NCBI RefSeq assembly: GCF_964355755.1
Contig: NC_092670.1
Span: 31,236,388 to 31,300,387 of the forward strand
Length of the DNA: 64,000 nucleotides
Source of the DNA: Antedon mediterranea
Lineage: Eukaryota; Animalia; Echinodermata
Direction: 5' to 3'
Under the pieces are notes generated by a model, which saw only the letters and a program-made list of their open reading frames with translations, was not told the origin of the DNA and ran no database searches. Positions 26,301 through 40,865 of this stretch are shown here, one piece after another (position 1 is the first letter of the stretch; each line of letters starts with the position of its first letter). The position numbers and the translations under genes are program-made.

Positions 26301-29300
26301 GGCGCACACTGTAGCTATCGGCTGAGCCAACTGGCACGAATAACACTTTGCTCACAAAAAAATTTGCCGCAAATTGTCATCGCATTCTATTGGACGCATA
26401 CTAAACACCTTCAGTACGCGAGTTTCTGATTGGATAATTACTTACTACGCTATATGGCGCGCGCTGACATATTATGATAAATTAGAAAATGGCATGCGCA
26501 GAGGAATTTTTTAGTGAGCTGTTAGCTCACGTTTGGTGCACACAAAAAAATTACACACATGACAAAAAATATTTTCCTTACAGCACGTGTGGCCGATTCT
26601 TCAGGAATTTTCCGGCGCACAGCAAAGTGTTATTCGTACCAGTTGGCCAAACCAATAGCTATGGTGTGAGCCGATTTAAAGTATCGCCAAAAAAATACTG
26701 TAAATGTTTATAATATATATTGTCTATGTGATCTTACCTATCAGCAGAAGAAATCCTATTGCCACCACTTCCACTGTCTCTACGATATGAGTTATACGTT
26801 CTATTATGGTAATCTGCATCATCATCATCATTGTTGTCATCTAAATCATCATATCTGTTACTGCTATAATTTATGAAATTAATTGGTTAATTAATTGAAA
26901 TCAAATTATCGATTTCCTTGTTTTAATAGGGGCGAATTGCTATAAGCAGTCGATAAACGGCCGGCTATAATTTGTTATGTAGCAAAAGTATTCTTTATTA
27001 TAGACTATTGCTGTACTGCGGTTTTATCTGTAAGCGGTCTTATTTGGTATTCTACGCGTAAAGTACGCCATTGTTACTATTTGTTACTGTATGCGGTCAA
27101 TAAAGATTTTGATTTGATTCGTTATATACAATAAAGAAGAAAAAGTAATAAAATCAAATTTGGAGAATTGATTTAACTACAAATATTTACCTAAATCTGC
27201 TGTCACCACTGTTTGATCTCCTCTGGTTTATTACTGGTTCCCTCGGTTTGGGTTTCTTGCGATCTAGACTATTACTCCGCTTCCTTAAATTTATACCATT
27301 CATTGAAACTATTAAATAATGGAAATAATGGAAATATTAAAAAAAAACTATTGTAATATAACTGTATTATATTCAATAATAATACAAATACAGTACATTA
27401 AGAATATCCAATAAAAATACTATAAAGCTCTGTCTACGCTATCAAACTAGTTTGACAAAAAAAAGTGTGATTTGCCCAAATATGGTAGTGATAATAATGA
27501 TGTCATTATGTTCATATATGGGTACATCACATAAAGTTTGATAGAATAGAAAGAGCTTAAAATGACTGGTTTGTTTACACTTCAATGCAGGTAAAGTTGT
27601 TGAATTACATTGAATTGAATTACACACAAATGGAATACACACAATAATTTTCCTGATGCAGATACTGAATACTATTACTATGTCCAGTAGATCTTTTTTT
27701 CCACAGTAGGTCAGTATTACGTGCAAACCGAAAGCCCAGCTTATGCGCATGCATACAGAAGTCATATTTCCATTTCTGCGGGAGATCACAGCTTCTTGAT
27801 ATTTTTGGTTCAATGATATTAGTATGTCTAAACTTTATTATGCTTAATGAAAAATTGTGCGTCCAATCAGAAATCAAGAAAAAAGTTATCGCGCGTTCAA
27901 ATAGGTATACGTCATAATTAATGTTCGCTATTTTAGTTGAAAATAATAATAATGTACCAGGTTTTCTAGATATTTGCATATGGTCAATTTCATCATAAAG
28001 TGATGACACCTCATGTGATGATTTTGAACCCTTTACTCCTGACCCCGATCTTGATCCACTTGGTGATCCCTTTTGTCCACTTGGTGATCCTTTCTGACCG
28101 CTTGCTGACCCTTTCTTCACTCCTGGTAATGGCGGCTTGTACTGAAATTGTATTTGTTATTTATTTATATTATTATATTAAATTACATTTAAAAATTTGA
28201 TTTTATATGTAGTAGGGATATTAACAAAGAAATTATAAATGGGAGGCATCCATTTATATCTTTCTCTCATTGATTTAAAGTTTGAAAGGGAAATTCGATT
28301 TGTTTGCATTTAAATTAAAATTTGTAATATTTAATGTTAATAATCTTAGTAGTATAATATTATTAAGTTATTATTTATTTATATTACATATATTAGTAGT
28401 TCTGGATCTGTATCTAATATTGACTTCACTCGAGTGGAGTTGTGGCTTGGTGGTTACGATGCTTGGCTACCATTCGAAGGGTCCTGGGTTTAAGTCTAAC
28501 GACAAAATTACAACTCCACTTCCAAAGACTTTGTTTATGTAGAGCATCTTGTGTATATATTTCTCTTTTGAACCTCTGAGGGCTCCTATTAGCAATTGCT
28601 GAATGGATTACCCTCATTAAATATGGTTTTTTAAAAAAACAAAAGAAACACAAAAGAAAAGACAACAAAATTGTTAATGGTGGTGATATCATTATTTAAA
28701 TTGTTATAATACCTTAGTTCTTATTGCAACATTTTCTTTCTTCACTACTGGGCTTTTATGTACAATACGTTTCTGTTTCTCTTGACACCATGGTATATGC
28801 CTCTCAGCTGCACTACTATTGAAGCGACGGGCACAACATGGACATTCTACATAATCTGTAATAATGGCAGTCATAAAGAAGAACAAATCATTTTCTTCAC
28901 TACCATGTATTTTCCGAGTGTCATAAATTTCTTAAATGTATACTCTTTTGGAGAAAAGGGGCTATTATCGCTTTATCGATTCATCCATTATTGGTCGGTG
29001 TAATTTAAATACTCGTCTAACTACCAGGCTATAAACAGAAATAATTTCTAAATGGTCTATTAACGAACTATGATCTAGCTACTGTTTTAACCTAAACAAC
29101 TGCTATAAAGCTATTTGTGCATTCCATTAGGAAGAATCATAAACTGCTTTAGGACATTATTTGGCAATAATGGTATAACCAACAGCTACCAGGATAGTGT
29201 GTTCATATTACTCTTAAAAGAACTTAGGACTTTAGCTGGCTAGATCTAGCTACTGCTGGTGGTCTAACCAACAGCAACCAGGATAGTGTGTTCATATTAT

Positions 29301-32199
29301 TCCTAAATGGTCTTAGGACTTTAGCTGGCTATGATCTTAGTGGTCTAACCAACAGCTACCAGGCTATAGTTGACACAGCAGTTGTTAGGGGAAGAGGACG
29401 ACATAGATTCTGTGTAGAGAGTAAAATCATCAGTAATATATAAATAAATGTTATTTAGAGTTTCGAAATTTCACTTTTAAGTTTCATTTGAACTGTATAT
29501 TTAAGGTTATATGTACATCATTTCTTGTCAGGAAAATGCCAACTTTATCGTCCTGAAAAAGTTAATATGACAGAACTTCACACAAGCTGCACCCACTTTG
29601 TTAAAGCTCATGCATAAATTATTCATGAGCACCGTCCTGTGGCTTCCCGTTCTGTGAAGTCCCTAATAGTAATTGTCTAGGAGGGTGTTCATTTATGGAT
29701 TTGCAATAGAAAACATTTGATACAAAGAAATGTGTATTATTATATTAAACATAGTCCCTAAACATTACCTGGATTGTAAGTTGGTTTTGGTGGTGGTGGT
29801 AGTTCTCCTCCAGTCTTGATAGCATGAGAAACTTTCTTTGCTGCCTTCATTGTAGATATGAACTCTTCATGCTTAGCTCGCCAATTAGACTTTGATTTCT
29901 AGAAATTAAGAATAAACTTTTATTTATTTATTTATATTCTTGTGTTCTAGTTACTTGGTGAAAAGGTTTAAAGTAATATTTATTTTAATATAGTTTGAAA
30001 ATACATTCCTAGACTTGTCCAATTCTCCACTTATTTTGTTTTCCGGCAAATATGAAGCAGGTATTTCTTTTTTCCAATGATATTCCAGAATTTTTATTTG
30101 GCAAAAATGTTCATAATTGGTATTTAATTTAATTTTAGAAATTTCTTTAGGAAATAGTTTCCAAAGAAATTTTCTTTTTTTAATAGGAAAAAGAGATACT
30201 CTGACATGACATAGACACACTATCTATGGTTATATTTTCAGAAGGTGAAACCAAACACCTAATAAAATGATTTGTTCTACAGTATTGTACGAATAAAACA
30301 TTCATCATTTGTTTAAATTATAACACACCTGCTGTACAAAAGGCTAGGCTAAGGCCTAAACCATTCAGAGAGGCAGCGCTCCAATTTTAGACGGAAAGTA
30401 GATAACATGCACACTACAGATTGATCTAGCCTATACTTGTAGATGCTTACTGTGTAACAAAAATGTGCCTCACAATCATCCAATCTAATAACAAAGAATC
30501 TACTAACTATTGTACTTACAGAAGGAGGTAGTTTGCTTGGTGTCTTTTTAGACACTATTAGATCTGTTCCATCTGCCCTTTGTTTTGCAGAATTAAAAAC
30601 TTTTCTCTTCTTAGTGTTAGATTTAAAGCATATTGGCTCATGTTTCATCTGAAATTAAAGGAAAGTAAAGTTAAAATAAACTATTACTATTAGTATAAAT
30701 ATAATCTAAATCATTAGACAGAATTGGCCCTCTAGAGCTCAATCTGTTTGGTGATAGATTGTCATTATTTCTGAAGAAGCTGTCCGATCAGGACAGCGAA
30801 ACTGTCAAGGTTAGTTTACATACTAATTGTTGGTTTGAAAACAGAACATTTCTAATAACTTATTACTACAATTTAAAACTAGATAAACATTTTCAATCAA
30901 ATATAAATAGTGCATTATTATTTAAGTCTAGACTTGACAACTATTTTCGGCTAGAAATGGAATCTAATAGGCACTAGCCTAAACTATTTCCATCAAACAT
31001 TAAGTGTAAGTGTGTAAGTGTATTGAGTTGAAAATTATGTTATTGCTACTACTGTACTACTGCTCTTTCATACATAGGCTAGTAGGTTCTTAAGTTTTGG
31101 TTCAGACACTGAATAACGTTGCCGTAACCTGAATCTAACCATAAAGATAATTTGGTAGGTGCAAAAGTGCAGTAGCTCCATTTTTTCAACTATTTTTACC
31201 CTTTACAGCATTTGGAATTTATTCATTTACAGTTTCTCTGGCTTTGTTAAAATTAGCAGCAGTAAGCTTGTCCCTTTGTGTGCATTCTGACCTGCTTGCC
31301 AAGGATATAGGTCTGGTGCTGCTATATCATACTGCGCTTAAGTGTAAAAAGATTGTTATCGAATTGAATAAAAACATACAGTTAGCATAATGGTATACAG
31401 TATTAGTCTTTTTTTCACTCACCAACGTTTCAGGTACAAAGGTTCTACCACAGCATGCACATGGTTGCACATCTGCTGCTGGTGCATAAGGTTCATCTGT
31501 GAAAGCAAAAATATATGTTTTTCTGATTAACATGCAAGCATGCCTTACCTAGCCTAGCCTACTAGCTAGCTACTGTAGGCTCTATTAATATAGTTTACAG
31601 TAGGCCTAGTAATATTAATTATATTATTAGCGTACTAGATAGAGGCCTAGCCTAGCCTACTACCAAGGGCTAGCTAGAGGGCCGGCTAGGCTAGTCTTAG
31701 CTCTACTCGGCCTTGCTAGGCCTAGTAGAAGTAGCCTAGGCTATCTTAGTATCAGTAGGCTAGGCTTAGGCCTAGTATAAGTATATTATATAGGCCTAGG
31801 TACTAGGCCTAGCCATTCATATAATATTATACTATAAGTATAACTATATTATTATTTCGATTCTAAATATATAATAATAATAAATATAAAACGATACGAC
31901 GCTTAATAAACTGGCCCTGGTAATCATATGGATCGATCCTAATAAATTAAATGTCCTATTACCAATATTGCTAGGCCTAGGCTATGTCTGTGGGGTGTCT
32001 GTGGTACGGAAGGAAGCCTAGCCTACTAGGCCTAGGCCTATCCGCCACCGACGCGATCAGCCGGCCCAGTAGCGAGCGAATGTAACCATTTGTTTACGGT
32101 TGCTATCCACACATTCCCCTGCTTCTTAATATCCAGTATCTGAATAATACATTAATTTCAAACTAATAATAACCTACCTTCATATTCTTCGTCATACAT
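23344..32199 (-). CDS. ZC2HC1A: Zinc finger C2HC domain-containing protein 1A (FAM164A), ~10 exons
   Basis: Exons encode PCACCGRTFVPETL-MKHEPIC..KKRKVFNSAKQR, SNWRAKHEEFI..GGELPPPP, DYVECPCCARRFNSSAAERHIPWC and the C-terminal FCHECGTRYPVSNAKFCCECG. Exons lie at ~32199, 31496, 30648, 29899, 28856, 28142, 27310, 26864, 25830 and 23504. Confidence 0.93.
25281..25705. mobile_element. Palindromic MITE with an expanded 20-bp minisatellite
   Basis: taagctct...agagctta ends. tggtagtgatatatctaata occurs 15 times at 25341-25640. An unexpanded relative lies at ~27424-27560. Confidence 0.75.
26293..26679. mobile_element. MITE
   Basis: ~60-bp imperfect TIRs (tagctatcggctgagccaactggcacgaataacactttgc / gcaaagtgttattcgtaccagttggccaaaccaatagcta). 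Confidence 0.75.
28435..28625 (+). mobile_element. tRNA-derived SINE (degenerate)
   Basis: A-box-like tggcttggtggtt and B-box-like gggtttaagtct. A similar head lies on the minus strand at ~40440-40570. Confidence 0.5.
31545..32045. repeat. Low-complexity TAGGCCTAG/CTAG-rich tract in ZC2HC1A intron 1
   Basis: Dense taggccta/gctagc palindromes. Confidence 0.8.
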
Positions 32200-33864
32200 T
32201 CTTTAAATCGTATACTTATCTACTTCAATTACAGGCTTACAAAGATGTTCAAAAGGAAAACATACTAATGTTTTGACAGAGTTTTCGCGTTTTCAAAATC
32301 GATCAAAACAAAAAATGTACAGAAATAGTTGCCAGAAAACATTACCGTTTTCACCAAATCATTTATTGTCGTATACATTTTGTAGTACTTTTTGTTGGAA
32401 TTGATTACGTAAAAATGGTGTTTCCCAAATAAATTGACCTTGATTCAATATAAATATATTTTTTCTCTTTTCTGGTTTATCACCACCTTTATTCATTCAA
32501 TCTTTCATACATATTTCGTTCACATTTCATTTTCGTTCATTAAATTTCCGTTTTCTATTTTTTTCGTTATTTTCTGATTTTTACACTTTTAACCTTTATA
32601 AGGCTAGTGTTTTGATTTATATGCATACAAAAACCATAAACAATCTACACTTCATTTTGTACATGATATAATACATTTTAAAATACGGTATATTTTGGAA
32701 AAATTTGTAAAAATATATTATCAAATTGATAACCCATTTTATGGTGACCAAAAGTAGGCCTACGCCTTGAATATTGTTTAGTCATTTTTAATTCAATGTA
32801 GGCCTACATGTCTTTTCTTGTTTTTGATATGGTTTTTTATACAACTCTTTTAATTCTGTTTATGATTGTCCCCTTGTTGCTTTGTTTAAGTTAAATATAC
32901 CAACTCGTACTCGCAACAAGTGTTTGCTTCACGTTCCTTGTGGTCGTGCTGAATGCACAAAACGAGGTATTTTTTAGCGGTTACCTAACACATTTAAAGA
33001 TGTATTGTACCCCTGAAAAAATAATTCTTAAAAAAAATGTTGTTGAATATTTCATTTTAATGTAACATAGGCCTAATAGTTATCCACTTTGACCAAAAAT
33101 TTGATCGAAAAAAAAATGTATTTACCTGAAAAAATGTGATTTAAAGCAAAAAATAGTCAAATTGGCTGCCAGCAAATGAATTTAGATATTTTTTGATAGT
33201 TGAAATGTATTTAAGGGTAAAATTGTTAATCTCTATTATGTTCCGATCTTTGTTTATGTTATTGTTGCTTATTTGAATGTATTGTTATAGTTTATTGTGT
33301 TTAGATTCAACCTGTTAGTGGCGGTTTCATCGCTGTTGGTTGTCAACTAAATAAATAAAATAAAAATAAAAAACAAATAATTAAAATACAGTTTTCTGTT
33401 TTGTTTTTTTTTTGTATTTTTTTTTTATTAATTTATTTTTTTATACTTTAGTTATAGTTTATTTATCAATGTCTTTTTATTTTTCAATATATTCTGTTGT
33501 GTATTTATTTCTTGAATCGCACCGCATATTGTGAGTTCCTCCGATTCAAAGGTGTTATGATCAACAAATAAATAAATCAGTTAGTAGATATCTGATAATC
33601 ATAGATTATACACTGTATGTGAGACGTGGCATGTGCACCCCTACTGTGGACCAGTTACACTGCTCGACACTCGAACAATATACGAAATGTCTTGGTAGTC
33701 AGGTATGATTATGGTATCAATAGACAAATACAATATTATGTAGTGAATTGATAACCCATTTTTATGGTGACCAAAGTACGCCACACCCCCTTAGGACCTT
33801 GTATCCACGGCCTATCAATTCAGAAAACACATTATTAAAGTCTTCTCTAAAAACACCATTTAAG

Positions 33865-35759
33865 ATGAGTGCTGTACAATTTAAAGGAAAATATAAGTTT
33901 GATCGCAATGACAATTTTGAAGATTACATGACAAAGCTAGGTAAGATGCGTGAGAGAAATCGACATTTTTTTACGGTAAAACATGCTACTTCTCGAGGTC
34001 GTATCACAGTAGTGTTGAGCTGAACATTTGAATGTTTGCTATTTTTCTGTTATTTTATGCACATGGCATATATATACCAAAATAATGTTTAGTAATCACA
34101 GTAGGCCTACTGCGCGTGGATTTCGCGTACCACCAACATGTGGTAAATTATTCAATTCAATTCAATTCAACGTAAACATTTATTTTCTTTCTTTCAATCA
34201 ATAATAAAACAAATGAATAAGGTATTAAAAAAAAGTACGAGTTTCAAATAATACATTTCATGAATATAATATATAAACACGACAGGCAAAGAACATTAGT
34301 TCTAAACCGCCCTGTGATATACTGAAATTTTAATTAATTAATTTGAAACGATAAAGATGAGGAAATATAATATAAATATATAGCCTATATAGACTATTTT
34401 TAGTTACACACATATATAAATATACATATTTATATATATAAACAAACCAATGTGTCTAAGCATCGATCCTCGAAGTCTACATTGAATAGTCACGTGTTTG
34501 TCGCAGCTCATATCTAGCCTAAGCCAATAATGAAGGAATCTGACCTAAACGCTACCCTCTCTCAAACAGTCCTCAGCTAATTGTCCTTCCCCTCACATGA
34601 TATATTCATTTTTACTTTAAGGAGTTGGTATGGTTCTTCGTAAACTGGGTACCAACTCAAAACCAACAGAGACAATTGAAGTCGATGGAAATCACATGAA
34701 ATGTACATCGAAGACGACGTTTAAGACCGATATTTAGGAATTCACCATTGGTGAGCCATATGAGACTTCTACAATAGATGGTAGAAAGGTTAGGGTAGGT
34801 AGCCCTTTTTAACAACAATCGATACATTTTTTAAAGCACGACGGTCAATAATAAGCCTAAACATACAGGACGTTACCTATCATTAGCCTATTTAGCTTCA
34901 AATTATAACAAAACAAACAAAGCGAAATTTAAATAACCTTTTTACTTCATATTTCGTAATACTGTACCTATTCAAAACAATCCTTAAACCACTGTTTTGT
35001 GGAGAAAAAATGAAATGAAAATCTTCACTAGCCAAAGGCTGGCCTATGTCATGTTGTTATACTCTTTTGTTTAAAAAAGCCACAAGGTTCATTCGAAACT
35101 ACGGAGGTTGAAAAGTATAAGAACAATAATTCCTTCAAAATAGAGAGCTGTAGCCAAAATTGTACAAATCCCAAACGACCAGATATGACTAGTTTGATTT
35201 TAACTTAACTTTTAGTCTGTGATTATTGACAAATTACTTAATACCAATAATGAATGATGTCTCTTCATTCTCTTTGTATAGGTGATCCATAAATGGGAAG
35301 GCGAGAAATTAGTTGAAACACAGGTTGGAACGGATGGAAAAAGCAAAGGAACGGTTGTAACGAGAGAGTTAACTGGTGATGGTGATTTGATAGTGGTAAG
35401 TTGTTTAAGAGAGAAGTAGATTGAATTTAAATTCGTGATTTAGAGTGAAACGTATTCTGATATAGGTCCAACTTTCATGATTTGGGACTTGACTTTTTAA
35501 TTATGTGGGGTACCGTGAACACAGTAGACCTGTAGTCAAAATAGGAAGCATGTTGGGTTTGATTACCTCATTTCATTTTGACTTTTTTTTCTTCTTCCTT
35601 CTACTTTTTACACCTTTATTTATTATTTTTTCTCTTTCCCACTGACATTTTAACATATCATGTAAGAACATTATAATAATTAATTTAATCATTTTATTTA
35701 TATTTTAGACTTACGAGGTTGAAGGGGTTGTTGGTAAACGGTATTATAAACGAGAATGA
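33865..35759 (+). CDS. FABP: Fatty acid-binding protein, 4 exons, with an in-frame TAG in exon 2 (possible pseudogene)
   Basis: FKGKYKFDRNDNFEDYMTKLGVG..RKLG, STIDGRKV, VVTREL, GVVGKRYYKRE. Canonical FABP exon layout. TAG at 34735-34737. Confidence 0.88.
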
Positions 35760-36677
35760 AGATTCATTCTGACAATTCAGCGTAAGAAGTGTTTAACAGT
35801 AGTACAGTAAATATTATACCAAATGATTTATTGATTGTTGATTGGTTTAAAATAATACACTTATAATATTTTAAAACTATTGGCATTGTAAGAATACTAA
35901 GAGAACGGACAATTGGACCTGAAAATAAATGTTTTATCTACCTAATTACAGTAGGATTCAATAACCATTGGCTATACATTCAAACTAAAACAATGCAAGA
36001 GATATAACAGAACGTTGAGTCAGCCATCCATCATTTTTTTAGCCCCGAGTGCACTCCAACCTAACCGCTCCGCCCTGATTTCAAAACGTTATATCGTCGC
36101 CATGCCTCTGTATCAAAACACTCAATATTTGTATACTTTAGTCACTGCATTTATAATAGGCCTACCGTATACAAAAGCCTCCATGATAATTATATACAAA
36201 GGAATTTGTAAAACCATTCTTTATTGAATTGAAGTAGGTATTTTAACAAATTTGATTGTATTATTAGTGTTGTATTTTGCTGGAAAATCTTTTACAATTA
36301 TTATTTGGCCTAAGGGCTGATATTCGTTTATTTAATAAAATTTATATTTGAAATTGGTTCTTTCTTTCATAAACATTTTGCTTCAAGATGTCTCCTTTTT
36401 AGATCAATATTTGATTTGCTATTGTCACTTTGAAATGTTTTATGTACAAATAAAAAATAAAATAAGTTATCATTCTCATTGGCATAAATAACAACACTTT
36501 ATGAGCGACTTTCCTTTCTGGTTGATTGCACGGATGGTAATTATAATTGCCTATAATAAATGAGGCGCTTATTAGGCCTATATTACACATTTATCTTTAT
36601 CAACTAGACCTAATCTACTTTACTGTACTACGACAATTAATATGTAAGGCTATTCTTTGAGATATTCCTTGTCGTAC

Positions 36678-39600
36678 TCATGACTTGGTAAAAACAATAT
36701 GAGGTTGATCAGTAGAATCCTGTAAAAAAAAAACAAGAAAAAAAATTGATAAAGTTGGAGACGCTCGATTCATAAACACAATGTAATAGAACGTCAATCG
36801 AAAGTAAGACCAGACAATGTTTGGAAGCTATACACTCTCGTTATAACAATATTGTTAGTTTAACCTTCTCCAGTAGGCCTACCCAGTTACAGTATTCTTA
36901 AATGATAGTTTATTATTAGGAGTTCATCATTACCATATTATCACCACAGCAAGCACATGGAGCAGACCTGATAAGTAGCAGAATCGACAGCACAATACCA
37001 ACGAGTCCAAGTATCAACGGGGTAAACCCGCCGGTGATATACGTATAAGAAGTAGTCTGTAAAAATGATTAAATAATGTCAATGTACAATTATTTATTTA
37101 AACTTTATATAAAGAGTGATATACTAATTCTAAAACAGTTCAATTCAGGTTTGTAACTGTGGTGTATTTTATTAATACGGTTGATAACCAACTCCATATT
37201 CTCCCATGGTTGTATGTTCAAATCTAGTACAAATTAACGTAACATAAATACTGTATAACACAGCATTCAAGTTTGTCTTGTTGATATGATTTTCAATTTG
37301 TAGGAGAGGTGTTTGCATATTGGATATGACGACATTTAAAAAAAAAAATTATAAACGTCCAGAATTTTCTATATATATATTATAATAAACACATTAGGCA
37401 ATGAACATTAATTCGAAACCGCCAGGTGATATACTGAAATTTAATTAATTAATTTGAAACGATAAAGATGAGGAAATCTGTGAGAATGAGAAAAAGTCGC
37501 CCCAACCGAGACTCGAACTCGGACCGCCTGCTTGATATGCAGATGTCCTAACCATTAGACCATTGGGGCTTTCATGGTATTGTTCAAACTCGATTGGATA
37601 GCGACTCTTTAACATTCTCGGCGTGGTACGGTGGAACAGCACTAGTCCTCAGTTGTACGCACGCGCACCAGAGATCAAATTGATACGCCCTCATCTTTCA
37701 GTATTTTTATTCACGAGGCGGGATCTCCGAAGAGATACTTTTATATATATAAACACATTAGGCAATGAACATTAATTCGAAACCGCCCGGTGATATACTG
37801 AAATTTAATTAATTAATTTGAAACGATAAAGATGAGGAAATCTGTGAGAATGAGAAAAAGTCGCCCCAACCATGAAAGCCCCAGTGGTCTAATGGTTAGG
37901 ACATCTGCATATATCAAGCAGGCGGTCCGAGTTCGAGTTCGGTTGGGGCGACTTTTTCTCATTCTCACAGATTTCCTCATCTTAATCGTTTCAAATTAAT
38001 TAATTAAATTTCAGTATATCACCGGGCGGTTTCGAATTAATGTTCATTGCCTAATGTGTTTTTCGGATAAGACAATCAATTAATTGTCTAACCAAAAACG
38101 TCATTTATATCATAATAATAATAATAATAATATTTAATATTTTTGCTATCAAAACATTAAAGCTTGATCAACCTGTAGCCGAACATTTTAATTCAAATTA
38201 TATATATATATATATATTTATTTATAAAGAAATTCCATATCTGTGTCTTAACGTATTATCTGAACAGATCTGAAAGTTTAAATTAAACAGTACTATATAT
38301 ATAATACTTACACATCCTATTTCACACGAAGTATCTGATATACTACTACTGTTAAGCCCCCAATAAATAAAGAATCCAAACATCCAAATTGGCAACAGAA
38401 CAATTGTCACGATTGAAAACACGTGTGCTGTTATTTTCTAAAAATAAAAAAATATATATACTGTATATTAAAATACACCAAAATAACATCTTGGTCAAAT
38501 ACTTATCTCATTGTCGCTTAGTTTAACTCCAACACTAGGGGAGTTTTCGCAATGCTACTAATACGATAACAAAAACGGATACGTCACACAAACGTATTCG
38601 TTTTCGTAAGCAAGTAAAAGTTTTGCATAGCAACGAAATATGACTGCGGTAAATTTGAACGAAGTGCAGGTACATGTTGCTTGGCGAGTGAGATCAGTGA
38701 GGACTTTAAAAACTGCTATTATCAAAATTGATCTTGCATGTTTATTAAATACCTTCAATAAATTGTCTATTGATTGATTATAGGCCTAAGCAATAATCAT
38801 TATTGATTCAATGTAAAATGTGCGCAAAATCTGTTGTCGTTATCGTATTTCGAATAGGTTGCGAAACTTCCCTATGCAGAGTCTGACAATTCAAATTAAT
38901 GAGAATATACACACATGCCTACCAACAATCTATTTCTTAATTAATTTTTGCGATAATCAGTTAGAATCTATCTGTGACAGCTACAGAATTGGGTGCTGAA
39001 TTCATCTTTATTTCAACCTGCTGTATTGACAAATCTATGTAAGTAGACCTAGGCTTACAATATGTCAATAATGTATGTAGGCCTACCAAGTAATCCATCA
39101 ATACATTGAAAAACACAGTGTTTTCATGTAAGATATGTCTTAAAATGAATATTAGGCCTATACTGTTTTGAATTATTTTTACATTATCAGCAATAAAAAC
39201 TATATATTGTATCAATGTATGAAATTAATGTGAAACAAAGATATTCATAATTAAATTAAACGCATAACAAAAACCTTATACTTTGATTAGGCCTACGTTT
39301 GCATTATCTTTGAGTTAAAAAATAACTAATATAGGCTATCCACGAAATAAAGTTGGTGCTTTAGAAGAGTGCTCATAAATAATGAAAAATCTTTTTTTTT
39401 ATTAGGTTTAGGCCTATTCATTGTAAACTTAATTTGCACTATTGTTTTTGTTCATAATGATTTGCCAATGGTTTAATATTGGTGAACTCTAAACCAATGA
39501 TAGTTATTATTTTTGTTTCTCATACTTACTCGACGCCTGTTTTGTCGATTAAAAGTAAACATCAGACCAAAAACGCCCTCCAAAACAACCTGAAAAATGT

Positions 39601-40865
39601 AGAGATATAATAATGAATAATAGGCCTATACAATAAAACAGCTTGCGTAGGAAAGAGATACAATGGAAACATATACAGCTGTGGTTTACACACTCTAAGC
39701 ACAAATAGATCCAAACTAATGCTCGTGTGATTTGGTTATACTCCCTATACATCAGTGAAAATACAGTAACCTCTCCGATATAACTCCATGTGGACCTAAT
39801 GTTACCTAAGTAACGTGTTCGAACGAAGAATAAGTTTTGGTTTATAAGAACATAAAATGGTGCCTCTAACAAAATTATAACAGTTTAGTTCACAAATGAG
39901 CTGTTTTCGGACTTTTTTTCTGTTGTCTTGGTCAATGTATTCAATCAATCAAAATCTTTATTTATTCACGAAATTATAAAATACAATAGTAAAAAATATA
40001 AAGCTTGTTCACAATAAAATAAAGGTGTTCTTCCACAAGTTCGTGATAGGTGCTGCAATATATATAATATATACAAATAATACAGTTTATTAAGCTTTTT
40101 CCTGGTTTATTTTACTTCAACTTTTTCATTTTTAAACTTGTGCTAAACAGCGCACAGAGACTATTTGTATTTTGCGCTATAGGCCTATAAATTTAAAATC
40201 ATTAACCATTATTAATCATTAATGCTAGTCACTAAATTTGAATAATTATGACAATGTTGGTTTAATGATTTTCAAAACCTTTGCATAGACCATTTGTACG
40301 CAAGTTGGAAATGAGGATGAAGGGTCTGTTTAATACTCGGAAATAATATGTCTGATACTCTGAAGTGGCCAATTTTTCATACGAACAATGAGTAACTCGC
40401 CAATTACAGGATGGATAAACTATATCATATTTTATCGTGCTTATAGTCTGAAATGAGGCCTAGGAAAGTGAGTTAAAGGGGTAACAACCTTTATGCTATA
40501 GGTTAGGATTGAACGCTTGACCTCCTTGGAATTGGAAGGCAAGCACCTTAACCACCAAACTACATCTCCTTTCCTTCTGAAACACTTATGGTGGAAATTA
40601 CAACGGTTCCCCCACCAGCTCCCCATTCTCCTCAACAACTCTAATTTTTTCATCACTTCTGTTTCCTTCCTTATTTCCCCTGTTGAATAAATTGTTGTCG
40701 GACACTTACGATGAGTCCTATGACTAAGCCAGGAATACCGGCCTTCACGTGATTGTCATCCAACATAGTAACACTTGAAAGAGCAATGATTGCTGCGCCA
40801 AGTATCATTAAGAGTAATGAACTTATCTTGACGACCGTCAAGAAGCAATTATTTTCCCCACACAT
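36678..40865 (-). CDS. Small four-transmembrane protein, copy 1 (intact, 5 coding exons, ~168 aa)
   Basis: Exons at ~40865-40710, 39589-39530, 38438-38310, 37056-36934 and 36720-36678 splice in frame and give four hydrophobic segments. Probable non-coding first exon at ~41371. Confidence 0.75.
37385..38060. mobile_element. tRNA-containing short repeat in tandem and inverted copies
   Basis: A box tggtctaatgg and B box agttcgagtc. Minus copy ~37385-37750, partial copy 37750-37870, plus copy 37871-38060. Confidence 0.75.
38536..38874. mobile_element. MITE (Harbinger-like ends)
   Basis: taggggagttttcgcaa ... ttgcgaaacttcccta. Confidence 0.6.

Noticed and set aside
37495-37950. Functional tRNA genes
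   Set aside because: They are embedded in a repeated element with degenerate stems and differ in the anticodon region between copies.
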